Assembly (NCBI GenBank): GCA_049724395.1
Contig: JAUGWO010000106.1
Location: 1 to 64,000, forward strand
Direction: 5' to 3'
Origin: Spongospora subterranea f. sp. subterranea
Taxonomy: Eukaryota
DNA: 64,000 nucleotides
Part shown: in pieces, positions 52,253-64,000 of the stretch
How the letters are laid out: each line of letters opens with the position of its first letter
Numbering within the stretch: position 1 is the stretch's first letter
The notes under the pieces: model-generated
Told to the model about the DNA's origin: nothing
Database searches by the model: none
What the model saw: the letters and a program-made list of their open reading frames with translations, nothing else
Position numbers and translations under genes: made by a program

Positions 52253-55200
52253 ATGGAGACGATCCAGCTTAGAGCTAAGGTCGCTCAGCAAACTGCGGCG
52301 CTTCAAGCTATGAATGAGCATCTTGAAAAATTCAAAGTCGGATTCCAGTTCCAGTTTCTGTTTGTGGTTGAAATATTCAGAAATTCTAAAACGTTTTATT
52401 TGAAAAGGATTTTGAATTGGAATCGTCATCAATGGTGACCGAGGAGCTAGCTCAGTGTATGGAGGCCAAAAGCCAGCTCAGTGTGAAAAACGAATCTCTC
52501 ATGCGAACAATCGAAAATCAAGCTCACACGATAGAACTATTGCTAATGAAACGAGTACAATCTACTGCCGAATATGATGAACTCAAGGATAGCTTTGTCA
52601 AAGTCAAAAATGAATATGAAGGTCGAAGGTTTTGGTTCTGTCGCGTTCATTCAGTATCTGACTAGACCCTTCCAGATCGTATACGATCGCACGAAACCGA
52701 ATATGCTGCTATGGAAAGCGCGGCTAAGAACGCGGAATCAAAATTAATATCTACCCAATCGACATTGTCTCGCTTGCAATTACAAATTGAGAGCAACGCT
52801 TCTCAAGCGGAAAAGGAAGTTCAAAGCTACGAAGGTCTACATTATCACCCTTTGACGAGACTAGTTTTCTTATTGTGGTTTAGCTCGTATATCAGAGTCG
52901 GCTTTGACAGTTGAATCTTTGAGGCAAGAATTGTTAAGATCTGTTAGTGCTAGTGCATCGTTTTGCACAAATGTCACATATGCGTTTTGTTTTCAGGTCG
53001 AAGAATCCACCGCTCTACGGTCGCAGCTAGATTCAGCGTTGAACCGGCAGAGTTCGCTTGAGTTAGAAAACCAGAGGCTATCGTCTGAGGCTCTGTCGTC
53101 TTTCACCAACTCTCACGAGCTCGAGACCTCTCGCGATGATGCATTGAACACGTACTCTGAACTTAATGCCCTTTATGTTGATTGTCTGGCCGCTCACGAA
53201 CGGCTGACTAATGAAAACAAGGCGTTGCGTGAAAGGAGCACCAGTGATAGCTTGTGCATTGAACAGTTGGGGGCTAAAACCGCCGAGCTGTCTCATAAGC
53301 TTGTTGCTCTCGATGCCAAAATGATTGAAATCGAGGATGAAAATAGACGTTTGAGGCGGGAGGAACAACTGCAAGCTGCTGAATTATCCTCAAGCCAACA
53401 GTTTAATGCTAAGTTGATGGACAAGATTGCACAATTATACCAGCACGTCGAACAAGCTACGAGATTAAGTCTGAACTTTCAGGAGCAACTGAATCAACAT
53501 CGTGATCAGATCGATTCGGTCAATGCTAATGTGTTCAGTCTCGAGGGCAAAGAACACAAGCTCAGGTGTCAAGTTGATTCCGTGCAACAAAATCTTGTAA
53601 AAATTACTTGTTCATTTGATGCGAAGCTCGGATTACTGAACAATGTGCTGATGGCGCTCGAAACAAGAAGTCTGCGAACATCGTCCGACTTCAAAGTACA
53701 ACTACGCCAGAATCAGGGTCTCTTCGCCTCCCAAACAACCGCCCTTGCGGCGGCTCTAGAAGCGAGAACACAAGAGCATGATCGCGCGACAGCTCTGCAA
53801 CGCCAGTATTTGGCCGAAAAAGATGGGCTAGAGCAAGTTATTCGCACACTTCAAGGATCTCTCAAGTCCAGCGATTCCCAAGATCTCACACTTTGGGACT
53901 CCTTTTCCTCTACAGGATCTTTTGATGGAAATGGACAAGGGAAATGTTTACTCAAACACTGTACTATGGAGTTGTCTCAAAGCGTTCATGAAATAATTAC
54001 CTTGGTTGAAGACATCAAGACCCAGAACGCAAAGTCCCGCGAGGCGGTCAAGATTCTTGAGCGAGAATGTTCTGAGTCGAGGATTGAAGTTGCTCATCAG
54101 ATCGAGGTATCTGCGACTCTAAAGTCGGAATTGCTATCCATGCAAAACGAACTCGAATCCTGGATTGAACTGTCTGACGAGAAGGATGCAACTCAAAAAC
54201 TGACAATTACGCAGTTATCGTCTAGCTATAACTCAAAGCTGAACGAAGCTACATCACGATTGGAGCGCGAAATTAAATTGCTCACTGGTACATTGTACTG
54301 CTCCTGTTGGGCAATGGAATCTAATGCGCTTTTGGATTTTAGAGTCTTTACACGATAGCAAGAATGTGGCTAAAGAGTCGCAGGAACTGGTCGTTTTCCT
54401 CAAGCAACAAGTTGGTATACGTGATTCTTCATCCGATGCCACTTATTGTTCATTAGATGAGTGATCTACATCATGAATACGTCTCTGTCGAAGCCAATTT
54501 CGAACAGGAGCGAATGCAGTTCCTCGCCCAAGGCAAATCTAAATTTGATGAAGCTCAAGCGGGATGGGAGCTTCAAGTTTCTGATTTGACCAGTATGTTA
54601 GTTGCTGTCAACCGGAATTGGTCTCTCACTACACTTTAGGGAGTTTATCTGACAGCAAAAAAGCGTCTCAGGAATTCCAGGATGAAGCACTTCGTCTGAA
54701 GCAACTGGTAGAGGAGTTTCTTTTTGAACAAATAATCTATCCAGTATGCTGATTTTTATTAGTTGATTCAACTTCAAGAAGATCATCACGCTGTAAATTC
54801 CGAATATGAACTAACGATAAATAATCTGATCTCTGAAAACAATCTCAAATTCAATCAAAATCAAACAGAATGGGAGCACCGTACATCCGTTTTGACTGGT
54901 ATATAATTTAAATCACTGCTGTTCTTGATGGTTATTTGATGTCTGATGTAATTTTGCAGAATCGTTAACAGCGAGCAAGGAGTTGGTTCATCAACTACAG
55001 GATTACGTATCTCGTTTAGAACAAGAGGTTCGTAGTTCGCAGAATCGCTTGCTGAGCTTATCACGTATTTTCGTGTAGTTGAGCAAATTACACGAGAACC
55101 ACGACGTCGTCAAAGCCGAATACGAATTACAGAATCTCGAGTCGTCGATTTTGGAATGCCAGCGGTTACGAGATGAGGTCGTGCAAGTCAAAGAGCATCA

Positions 55201-58200
55201 GGGCAGGGGTTCAAAATCAGAACTCTCTGCGCTTCTCACACAAATCGAGAATCAAGATTCGCAATTGCTGCGATATCAAACGGAAGAAGAAACTCTTCCT
55301 CTTGCATCAGAAATAACGCAAAGTGAATCATCCCTTTCATTACTAATGACCCGTGCTGATAATGCAGAACTGCTGTGCAAGCGTTTCCAGAAATCCGAAG
55401 AAATCCTGAAGCTTGAATTAGACCAGAAAGGGAAAGCCATCATTCATCTGCAAACGGTCAACGAAGCGACGCAGCTTACGCTAAATTCGAGCATCCAAAT
55501 CTTTCATTCATGCATGTCAAGAATAGACGAGCTGGAGTTGGACAATTTTGAACTATCCGATCAAGTCGGTGTATATTCGTCGAGACTGGACTTGCTTGAA
55601 GCCGAGCTGAACACTCATCATCTGCGTCGTGCGCAGTCTGATGACGAACGCCATCGTCTCCAGCAATTTATGGAGCATCTCTCTCAGTTACGCGTTTCGC
55701 ATGTGGCAGAGGGTCTTTGCAATGAAGTTCAATACCGTGCAGAATGTCAGCAGCTGTCGGCTAAGGTTGTGGCAAAGCCTTTCTGATTTGCTTCTGATAT
55801 TCATTCTACGTAGGTTAGGTTTCTTCGCGATTTTTGTCGACGCTACCACGATTTTTTCAACGAGCGCTGCGAATCGTTTTTCAAATCGGTTTCATACATG
55901 CATGATAAGCTAGAGGTCAAGACCATTGCATTTGACGAGCTCCTTCGTACTACTGCTGCCTCTCTGAATTCTCAAGTCAACGGCCATCTGAAACTGAGTC
56001 AAAAAAACAACGATCTATCAGGAAGCCTAGAAAACTACCGCAAAAACCTGCAATTGCTGCAGGACGAGCTTCAAATTTCTAAATCAGGTGTTTGAAGTGA
56101 ATTTTGGCTGGGAATTCTGCTGAATTATTCTTTGTTTTAGAAATTGCTACAATGCATGATGAAATGGAATCTTACGCTGCTGAGTACAACTCTGAGGAAC
56201 TGTCCAAACTGGCTACTCAACTTGCGGACTCGGAAAAACGGAATTCGGATCTTCAATCGTCTTTGAATTCTGTCCTCGCCAACGTTCGGTCTCAGAAGGA
56301 TGTCGTTGAGGCTCAATCCCAGCTCATTGCAGCCTTAGAGAACGACAATGACAAACTGACGAAAAAACTGAACGACCAGAGTGGAATTGATCAGCAATTG
56401 CAGAATTATTCAGCAGAAATAACGTTTAATAAGAAGCAATTCAGCGACTTTGAAACGGCGTTGCACAAGCTGGAAACCGAGTATAAAGATACCGTCGCTC
56501 AACTAAACTATCAATCGCAGAGTGAACTGAAGAAAATGTCAGAACTGCTCGTCGCCAGCGAGTCTCAATGGAAATCGGAATCACAAGCGCTACAGAAAAC
56601 CGTAACGTCATTACAAGCTGTGCTAGATAAAGAGCGTTCGCAGTCAGAGCAAAAGGTTTCGCAGTGTCGCCAAATGCTCAAGGCTGACAAGGACACGATA
56701 GCTAAGCTAATTAGCCAGCAGCAGGATATAGAGAGAAAGTTCCATGATTTATCGGAACAGCTTCGGGTTCGTCACGTCGAGTTAGGCGAAACGCGCGACC
56801 GTTGCACAGCGCTTCAGGAAAAAAATGATGATTTTATCAATCGTCGCAAAGACACCGAAGCTATAATGGAAAGATCGGAAGAAGCTTTGCAACAAATACA
56901 ATCGCTCAAACAAGAACTCAGTGCAACTTCTGCTGAGTTATTGTTGGAAAAAGAACAGAACCAAGAGGTCAGGCTCCGATACGAACAAGACGTCGCGTCA
57001 GCTGGGCGTACCCACTCGGAACAGATTATGTCGATTAACGAGGAATGGGAATGCCGACTGGCAGATATGAGGGAATCATTGGGGAAGACTTTCGCCGCAG
57101 ATCTCCAGAGTGCTCAGCAAAATCTCAAACACGTCTCACAAGCTGCGGAAGTTCGAACCAAACAGTACGATTTCCAAATGCAGCAGTTACAATCTAATCT
57201 GAAGGCGCTATCAAGTACGCCCTTGCTTATGTTGTCATGGCGTCAAAACACGGTTTTAACTCTATTGCCCTTTCAGGTGAGCATCATTCTTTACAGATAA
57301 TGCTTGGCTGCTCACAAGGTACAATCGAAGATTTACTGGAGTAGGGCAATCGCTATTGCTAGCAAACGCTTTTCTGAATTGGTCACAGGAATCGCACGGA
57401 TCTGGAGAATAAGCTTCTGCATGCGTACAGAGTAAATATGGCCTCTCTGTTGCTCCACGTTGTTTTAATCGATTCTTTAGGAGCGGGATGAGGTCAATGT
57501 GGCGTTACGCTCATTGAAAAATAAACGGGAAGAGTCGTATTACGAACAGTGTGAGGCTAGCTGTTCATTGTTCGAGTCAATCCAGCTGAATACTATGCAC
57601 ATTATCGGCATGCTTCAACATGAGGTTCGGCGATTTATTTGCTGTCAAATCCGTTGCGAACGATAACCCTGTTTAGGTCGTTGAAGTAACCCGGCAATGT
57701 CGTTTGCAGTCCGAACAGCTTCAAAATGCTGAACAGGCAAATTCCCTACTTTTTCGTCAGGTGCCTGTTCGCTCATCTGACGTCAAGCAATTTTGTTCAT
57801 ACTTTTTTAGATTCATCAAGCGTCCCAATTGTTTCAGTATCGCTGCTGGTGTTTCCAAAGCTTTGATGCAATCGTAAGGCAAACTATCATTGTTTTTTTT
57901 GCTGATGTGTCAATGTCATACTCATTCTTCCAGTTGCAAGAATTTGCATTGTCGCCTCCCGATCTCAATAAAAGTCACCCTCTGGCTTCCGATAAATCTC
58001 CGTCGCAAGAAAATGGTCAGTTCTAAAGCGTACAGAACACGTTATCAAGCACTTATCTTCTCCATTAGGAAGCGGCGTTGGTATTTATCAAGCTACACCA
58101 GAAGCGATGGTGAACATCAGTTATTTCTGAGGGGATATCCATTTTGTGACATGTTTTTGTCTCAGGATCCGCGTTTATTATCGACTTTTATATCTTGGCT

Positions 58201-60690
58201 AGACTCTGCCGCGAGTTTATCAGATTTACGTGAGACTGGTAAAGCTGCTGCTCGCAAATGTTTTTGTCAGTTTATCAAGTCAGGACTAGGACTTCCGATT
58301 GAGTTTTCCCATGCTGTCAAACTCGTGGGAACAATTTTTCGTGAACGAAAGGGTATTTAACGCGATTTTACCGTTGTGTTCATGAGTTGATCACATGATA
58401 TGACAGTATATGCTGAGAACAGATCAGAGTGAGCTCATTCACCAACTTACCGCTCAACTGAAGCAATGCACCTGTTCCGGACGCCTCACTTCCACGGAAA
58501 GGAACGGGTCCTCTGGGGATGCGGTCTTCAGAGCCCTTCACGAAATCGGTGAAAATGCCAGAATATCCACATAGCGTTAGCTGAAACGGGTTGCTTTACT
58601 AGATCAAAATTCATCCCCACCTGGGGTGTTTCGCTCCCAAATTCAGTTTCTATCGTCCGTCTTCCAGCAATTAGTTACAGGACGTCATCCGCAAAACAGT
58701 CGTGAGACTATGGTTGTGGACTTTACCGTCCCGTCAAACAGGCCAGATGCTCTAAGGACTATCGGTACTTGACTCGTTATTCTCTTGCATCTCTCTCACT
58801 TCTTTCTTATGTAGGTCGACGATCAACATTGTTTTGTAGCCAGTGTGGCCGGTCTACCACCATGCTGGCCCGCTGCTGTCAAGATTGTCTCACTCAGAAC
58901 AACCCCAATTCCGGTCAGAACTTCTTCTTGATTCTCCATCCGTCTTACGCTCGTCCAGGCCTTGTCGAACGTCCAAATGTGTACAGACAATGGGAATTGG
59001 CGCAAGAATCACTTCAAGAAGAAATTTCTCAATTACGAACCTGTCTGAACAAAGCTGCTACTGTTATTGCTGAGCTGGAATCCAGGCTTGAAGATTGCAG
59101 CCTCGAGAAGGCTCGGTAAACTTGATTTGGTTATTTCATGACCGTATTAACTCCTTTCTCAGCTTTTCTCTTGATTTGGAGCGTATCACTAAGGAGAAAC
59201 AAGCATATGTGTCTCTGCTTGAGGAATCTGTTGCGGAAATTCATAATATGGAAGGTATTCGATCTCAGCATTGTCATCCAACTTCTGATAGTGATCATTG
59301 CTGTAGAGGCCGAGAGAGACTTACGTAGCGCGCACCGCGTCGTTGATGATGAATTACATCGGTCGAAAGTTCTGTTAATAGGGGAAGGCCGAGCTAAACA
59401 AGTCCTCGAACGTTTCGTAACTTGCGAGCGTTAACTGATTTGTTGTACATAGGTATTCTCTCGTCGATTGCGGATGCTGCAAGAAACTTTATCGGTCACT
59501 CGTGATGAGTTGCAGCAATATCGTCAAGAATCTGTCAAACTTCAGTCTGTCAACAGTATGTACATCACCGTCTATCCGTTCGATTTCTGACCTATATTTT
59601 AGAGCAGCTTTCCTCTGAGCTTGACATTGCGCGGAGCTCTGCCCTTGATAAGTCCGTTCAGGTACTTTTTTTCATCCCATGTTGTTTGTAAATTAAGGGC
59701 CTTCAACAGCCTGGTATCATTGAAGTTCAAAAGAAGCTTCAGGAAGAGATTTCATCGCTTTCGCATCAGTTGCAGCAGTCCGCAATCAAATGTGATGAGG
59801 CGCATACCTTGATTAAACAACAGAAGGTTTCCGTGGATCCCGCATGACGCAGTGCTGCTAACTCCTACTTCTGAACAGGTAGAATTAGAATCGACACATC
59901 GAGATAATCGTGGTTTAAGAACGGTCGTCATCGATCTTCAATCGTTGTTGAAAAGGCAACTTCGCGGCGTTTCCGCAATGATTCCTCAAGCAAAGTTTTT
60001 CATCAAAGAATATGTTGAAAGGGAATCGCGGTTTTTTTCTAATCAAGTAAAGTCTGTGCTGAAACTAGTACGTTGTTTTTACTATATTCGGTTTCTTTTT
60101 CGTCACAACTGTGCATAGATCAATGCCCAGTTTTCGGGGTCCGCATTGCTAAGGGCACAGCTGGCTGAGCTCACTGACAAAGAAGTCCTTCAATCGCAAG
60201 CACTTGTACGCGCTGGTCGACAGTTAAAGGAGTTTCAGGTAGAGGCTTAACCACAGCATGTCGGTAGCGGAGCTTTTTTCATCGTCAATGGACAGATTGT
60301 ATTAAGTGCCCAGGCGACCCAAACACAATCATTAAAGAATGTTCTGCGGCAGAGCGAGCAAGACGCTAACAATCTCCGAGTATGCGCAATGAGTTCCATT
60401 TCGAGTGACCTCTGATCGGTCGTATTTATTCACTGGAAATTGCAGGAGCTGATTCAAGAGAAAAATATAGCGCTACGAACGTTAACTACAGAACGTGACG
60501 CTTATAGGAACAACAAAAAGCAGGTAAAATGCTCTACTCTAGTTTTTACTCGCCCACCAAGTTTCAATCTCGTCAGGTGAGTGATAGTGACGATTCTTTA
60601 CCAAAGCGCAGTGAGGATGGGTCCGATTCCAAACCGTACCGACGCTACGTCAATGCTGTCACGCCTATCATAGATAGAAAATTGCCATAA
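52253..60690 (+). CDS. Very large multi-exon coiled-coil protein (could be two genes)
   Basis: Long E/Q/L/S/K-rich heptad ORFs (484, 235 and 398 codons) and many small exons with GT-AG introns, all on the + strand. No family assigned. Confidence 0.75.
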
Positions 60691-60699
60691 ATTTACCCA

Positions 60700-63528
60700 C
60701 TAATTTACATGTTCCTCTGTTGTGTTTGAGTACAGCCTGGCCACTTTCCTTGCCGATCTTATTAGAATTGGGCTTCTTACCCGAATCTTGGAAATTCGTC
60801 GTCTTCAGGTGCTTATATGGCCAGCTTGTTTTGATCCATAGAGTGCTGGCCGGTTTGTTCCCAATTATCCTGATCCGCATCTCTCTTTAGTCGGAATTCC
60901 TTCTACCGAGAATATTGTCCGAAACTATCGCTCAGATCGCGTTGCCTTGTCCAATCAAGTTGCGCCATATATCGACCAACCGAAGGAGTGGACTTTCTTC
61001 CATAGCCGATTCCTCAGAATTTGAATGGAAAGTTCGGACCCGGTGGCTACGTCATTTGTGTCGATGAGGTGGAGCGCTACTCTGGTCGCTGCAGCACTTA
61101 TTGGCATTTAGGTCAAGAAAAGCCTAAAGGTTAGAGCCTTGTTTCCGTGTGAAATCTAGCTCGATTGCAATCTTTCTCAGTCATATGACATCAGAGCATC
61201 GATCAAAGCGGATCTTCATCCATTTAGTCAATCCCCGAACGTCTCAATCTCTGCGGTGACAAAATCGCCCGACAATCGAAACTTGCTCTTCGCTGTTCGA
61301 TCGTTGGTTTATTCAAACTCGTGTTGTACGCGTTGCCCTCCAAGGGAAGAACCCGGAAATGCGGAACTGTCAAGGTCGATAACATGTTGTTGCACTCAAG
61401 CCTCGCTTTACATATTGAGCTTTATGCCGAGTCATTTTTCAAATGCTCCTTCCAGCAAATATTATTTTCTCTCAAACGCACGTGTTCCGGATTTGAAAGG
61501 TTCCACAAACGTTCGTATCCGACTCCCGGCATTGTCGCTTCGATCGTTTTTATCGCGTGCCCAGCCATCCTCCAGCAAATCATCTGTAGATCAACTCATT
61601 TTCCTCAAAAACCCGAGAAACTGGCAAAGTAGGCGGTGAGAGACGTTGCCGGTCTTGATTTGAGGTCAACTTTTATTATTTTGCCTGGGCGGCGACAATC
61701 GCCAAAGCTGGTTTAGAGTTGTTTGCCTAACAGTGGTAGGTGTACTTATTGATGAACTTGCGGGCAACTCGTTAGCCAAGCTTTGGGGTGATAAAGTATG
61801 TAAAGTCGGTATGCGGTTATGAGTATATCTTCTGTACTTCCAGATTCGGACGTCTCCGTCTGAACAAGATTTAATTTCTCTTCAGCGTTTATGGTATCAG
61901 GGAATTACCATCAGAACATGAAGCTATACAATCTGGGTCGCACGAATCCCAGGCGACCCCATTGATATCCCCATGACCAGCGCCTGGTAGAATTTGGCAA
62001 ATATTTGGTTCTTGACAGTCGAACAGCTGGAGTGATCCAGTTGCGGTCCCACCAAGAATGAATCTGAAAGGACTTAATGTCACATAATATTCCCAATGAT
62101 ATAATACCTTCCACAAGGAGAAAAACAAGACTTCACATAAAATGAACTTTTCAATACTGCATCCTTGTTAAATATCAGTGGTGCAATATTAAAACCCTAT
62201 CGTCAACCATCAAATATTATTCAGCATTTTTTTAGGAAAGATACCTTTGCTCTGCAATCAGCGTACACCGCCCGTATGGAGTTAGTACAACTGACTAAAA
62301 GACGTGAACGGGAGCCGTTTTCGTCTAGGCTGAGGCTAGAAATGCCGGTTGACTAATTGAGAAGCTGGTTACATTGATATCGATTATGGAAAAATGGAGT
62401 CAACAACCTGAGGGGGTTTACATTCAGCAACTGGACTTGTACTATTGAATTTTCTTAGATCAAACAACTTGACACACCCATCAGATGCCCCGCCTGTAGC
62501 CAGTAAATTCGTATCGCCCAAAAATAACACTGGGGGAACCACGTGTAGGTTAATAATATCATAAACAATATATCTGAAGAAGTACCTGATGACACCGATT
62601 TAGGTGACTCGGCGTGGAAAATATGGCGTCCACCACGAGACCGTCTAGCAGGAGTCAGTTGCTTGGATTGATGAGGAGAGATCAACGCTCCAACTGGTGA
62701 TAGCGATGCACCGGGAATATTCCTCAGGCGGCGAGTATCCCTAACGCAACAAATTCAATGCTATCTAACCATGTTGGGCCAAACATTTTCACCATATAAA
62801 GACATTGCCATCCCTGGATCCACTGGCAAACACACTGGAGGTTTCCCGATGAACGCTCAGTGATTTCACTGAGGCAGTATGACCAAAAGCCGCTATTTGA
62901 GACTGCGTCTCTGCCAAAGAGTAAACATCGGTTTGATGACAAAAACAGCGAGGCATTCGAACCAATATCTGATATGGTGCAGGTTTTGTCGCCAGACGCG
63001 GTCAAGATAGACGTATCATTGTTATACCAACACGCCGCATATATCGCATTCTGATGAACAGATCGGTTGAACACTGTTTGTTCAATGTATCAGCGCATAC
63101 ACAGTCTCTGAATTTGACCTACATACCGATGTTGCGGCTGCTGAGGTCAATGATATTGATAAAACCATCCTGAAGCTCGTTGGTCAGTACATGTTGACTA
63201 TAATTCAGCAGTCATTGTGACCTCGTCCGCCACAAGACAAGCCCGTTTGTTTGATGGCGACTACAGTACTGATCAGCAAACCGATGAGAACATGAGATAT
63301 CTTCGAACCTTATTGAACGCAACCACGTATGGGATAACAGGTTCCCCTTCATCGCCATCAAATCTGTAGGCGTCCGCAATGCTCGACTCGAACGTGCCGC
63401 TTCGCAGAACTATTCCATTGCGGCATCAAATGCCGGATCACGATAATGGAGACGAAAGCAGACACACCGCTAAACGGTTGAAACCGATGTCTCAGACCAT
63501 TCTCCTGATTCCGTATCTTTTGAAGCAT
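60700..63528 (-). CDS. DTL: Denticleless/Cdt2-like WD40 protein (CRL4 substrate receptor), multi-exon; 3' end approximate
   Basis: HQNAIYAACW...ILTASGDKT, GHTASVKS, FASGSRDGNVFIW, ISSLSLDENGSRL, SFYVKSCFSP and GHGDINGVAW...IASCSD, followed by a low-complexity tail. Confidence 0.85.
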
Positions 63529-64000
63529 CGCCGAAAGGTGTTTTCAAGGGGGTTTTCAGGGAGATCGTCCGATGTGTGCTGTTCAAAGGTGTCAGCTCAA
63601 CAACTTCCTACACATCGCGCAGCATCCAATACGCTTGCTGAGTCCCACTTGATCCAGCTATGGTTGGTACTGCTACCAAATAAATATCGATGGTCAATAT
63701 TGGAGGATCCTTCGTGATAATTATGATGATGATAGTGCAGTGACAGGACAGAAGACAGGATTGGGCTGCGCCCCATTTTTCAGTCACTTCAGGATGCGAA
63801 AAACGCGCCAAACACATCGCTATAGCCGGAAATTGAATCGCGCGCGACCCTCCTGTGATAGATAGGATTCTACCCGCCTCAACCATGTTACGCGAGGTGG
63901 TATCAAACCTACAATTCTGCGCAGTTTGAAATCCGAATTTCCCTGAGGAGGAGTACTGTACATTAAGATTCGGATTTTGGATTATCAGTTGAGATAACGA

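Noticed and set aside
60668..60690. Overlapping stop regions of the coiled-coil gene and DTL
   Set aside because: The last exon frame of DTL could not be determined, so the overlap is unsupported.

Overview
Eukaryotic genomic DNA with many short (about 45-90 nt) GT-AG introns and compact gene spacing. This is consistent with a protist, possibly a plasmodiophorid, but the taxon cannot be proven from the sequence. The first ~17 kb is a nested transposon graveyard: a MULE pseudogene with a spliced passenger gene, and a Copia relic interrupted by a young chromodomain Ty3/Gypsy element with 150-bp LTRs and a GATAT target-site duplication (TSD). It also holds a hAT-like MITE just upstream of an intronless secreted-looking orphan gene, and further Copia relics. 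From ~17 to 64 kb lie housekeeping genes: HtrA protease, BCAT, TCF25/Rqc1, histone H1, a centrosomin CM1-motif protein, ITFG1/LINKIN, RPN11, PSTAIRE CDK, RPL38, UXS1, a giant coiled-coil protein and CDT2/DTL, with small TE relics between them. The most striking unexplained pattern is that five TE relics of unrelated families (MULE, Gypsy, RLE-type non-LTR, Harbinger, Copia) and one unclassified foldback element each carry an inverted copy of part of themselves, and so could form a hairpin or dsRNA. A 7x22-bp TGACTCA array also lies inside the foldback element upstream of RPN11. Exon boundaries were read by eye, so multi-exon gene spans are approximate.
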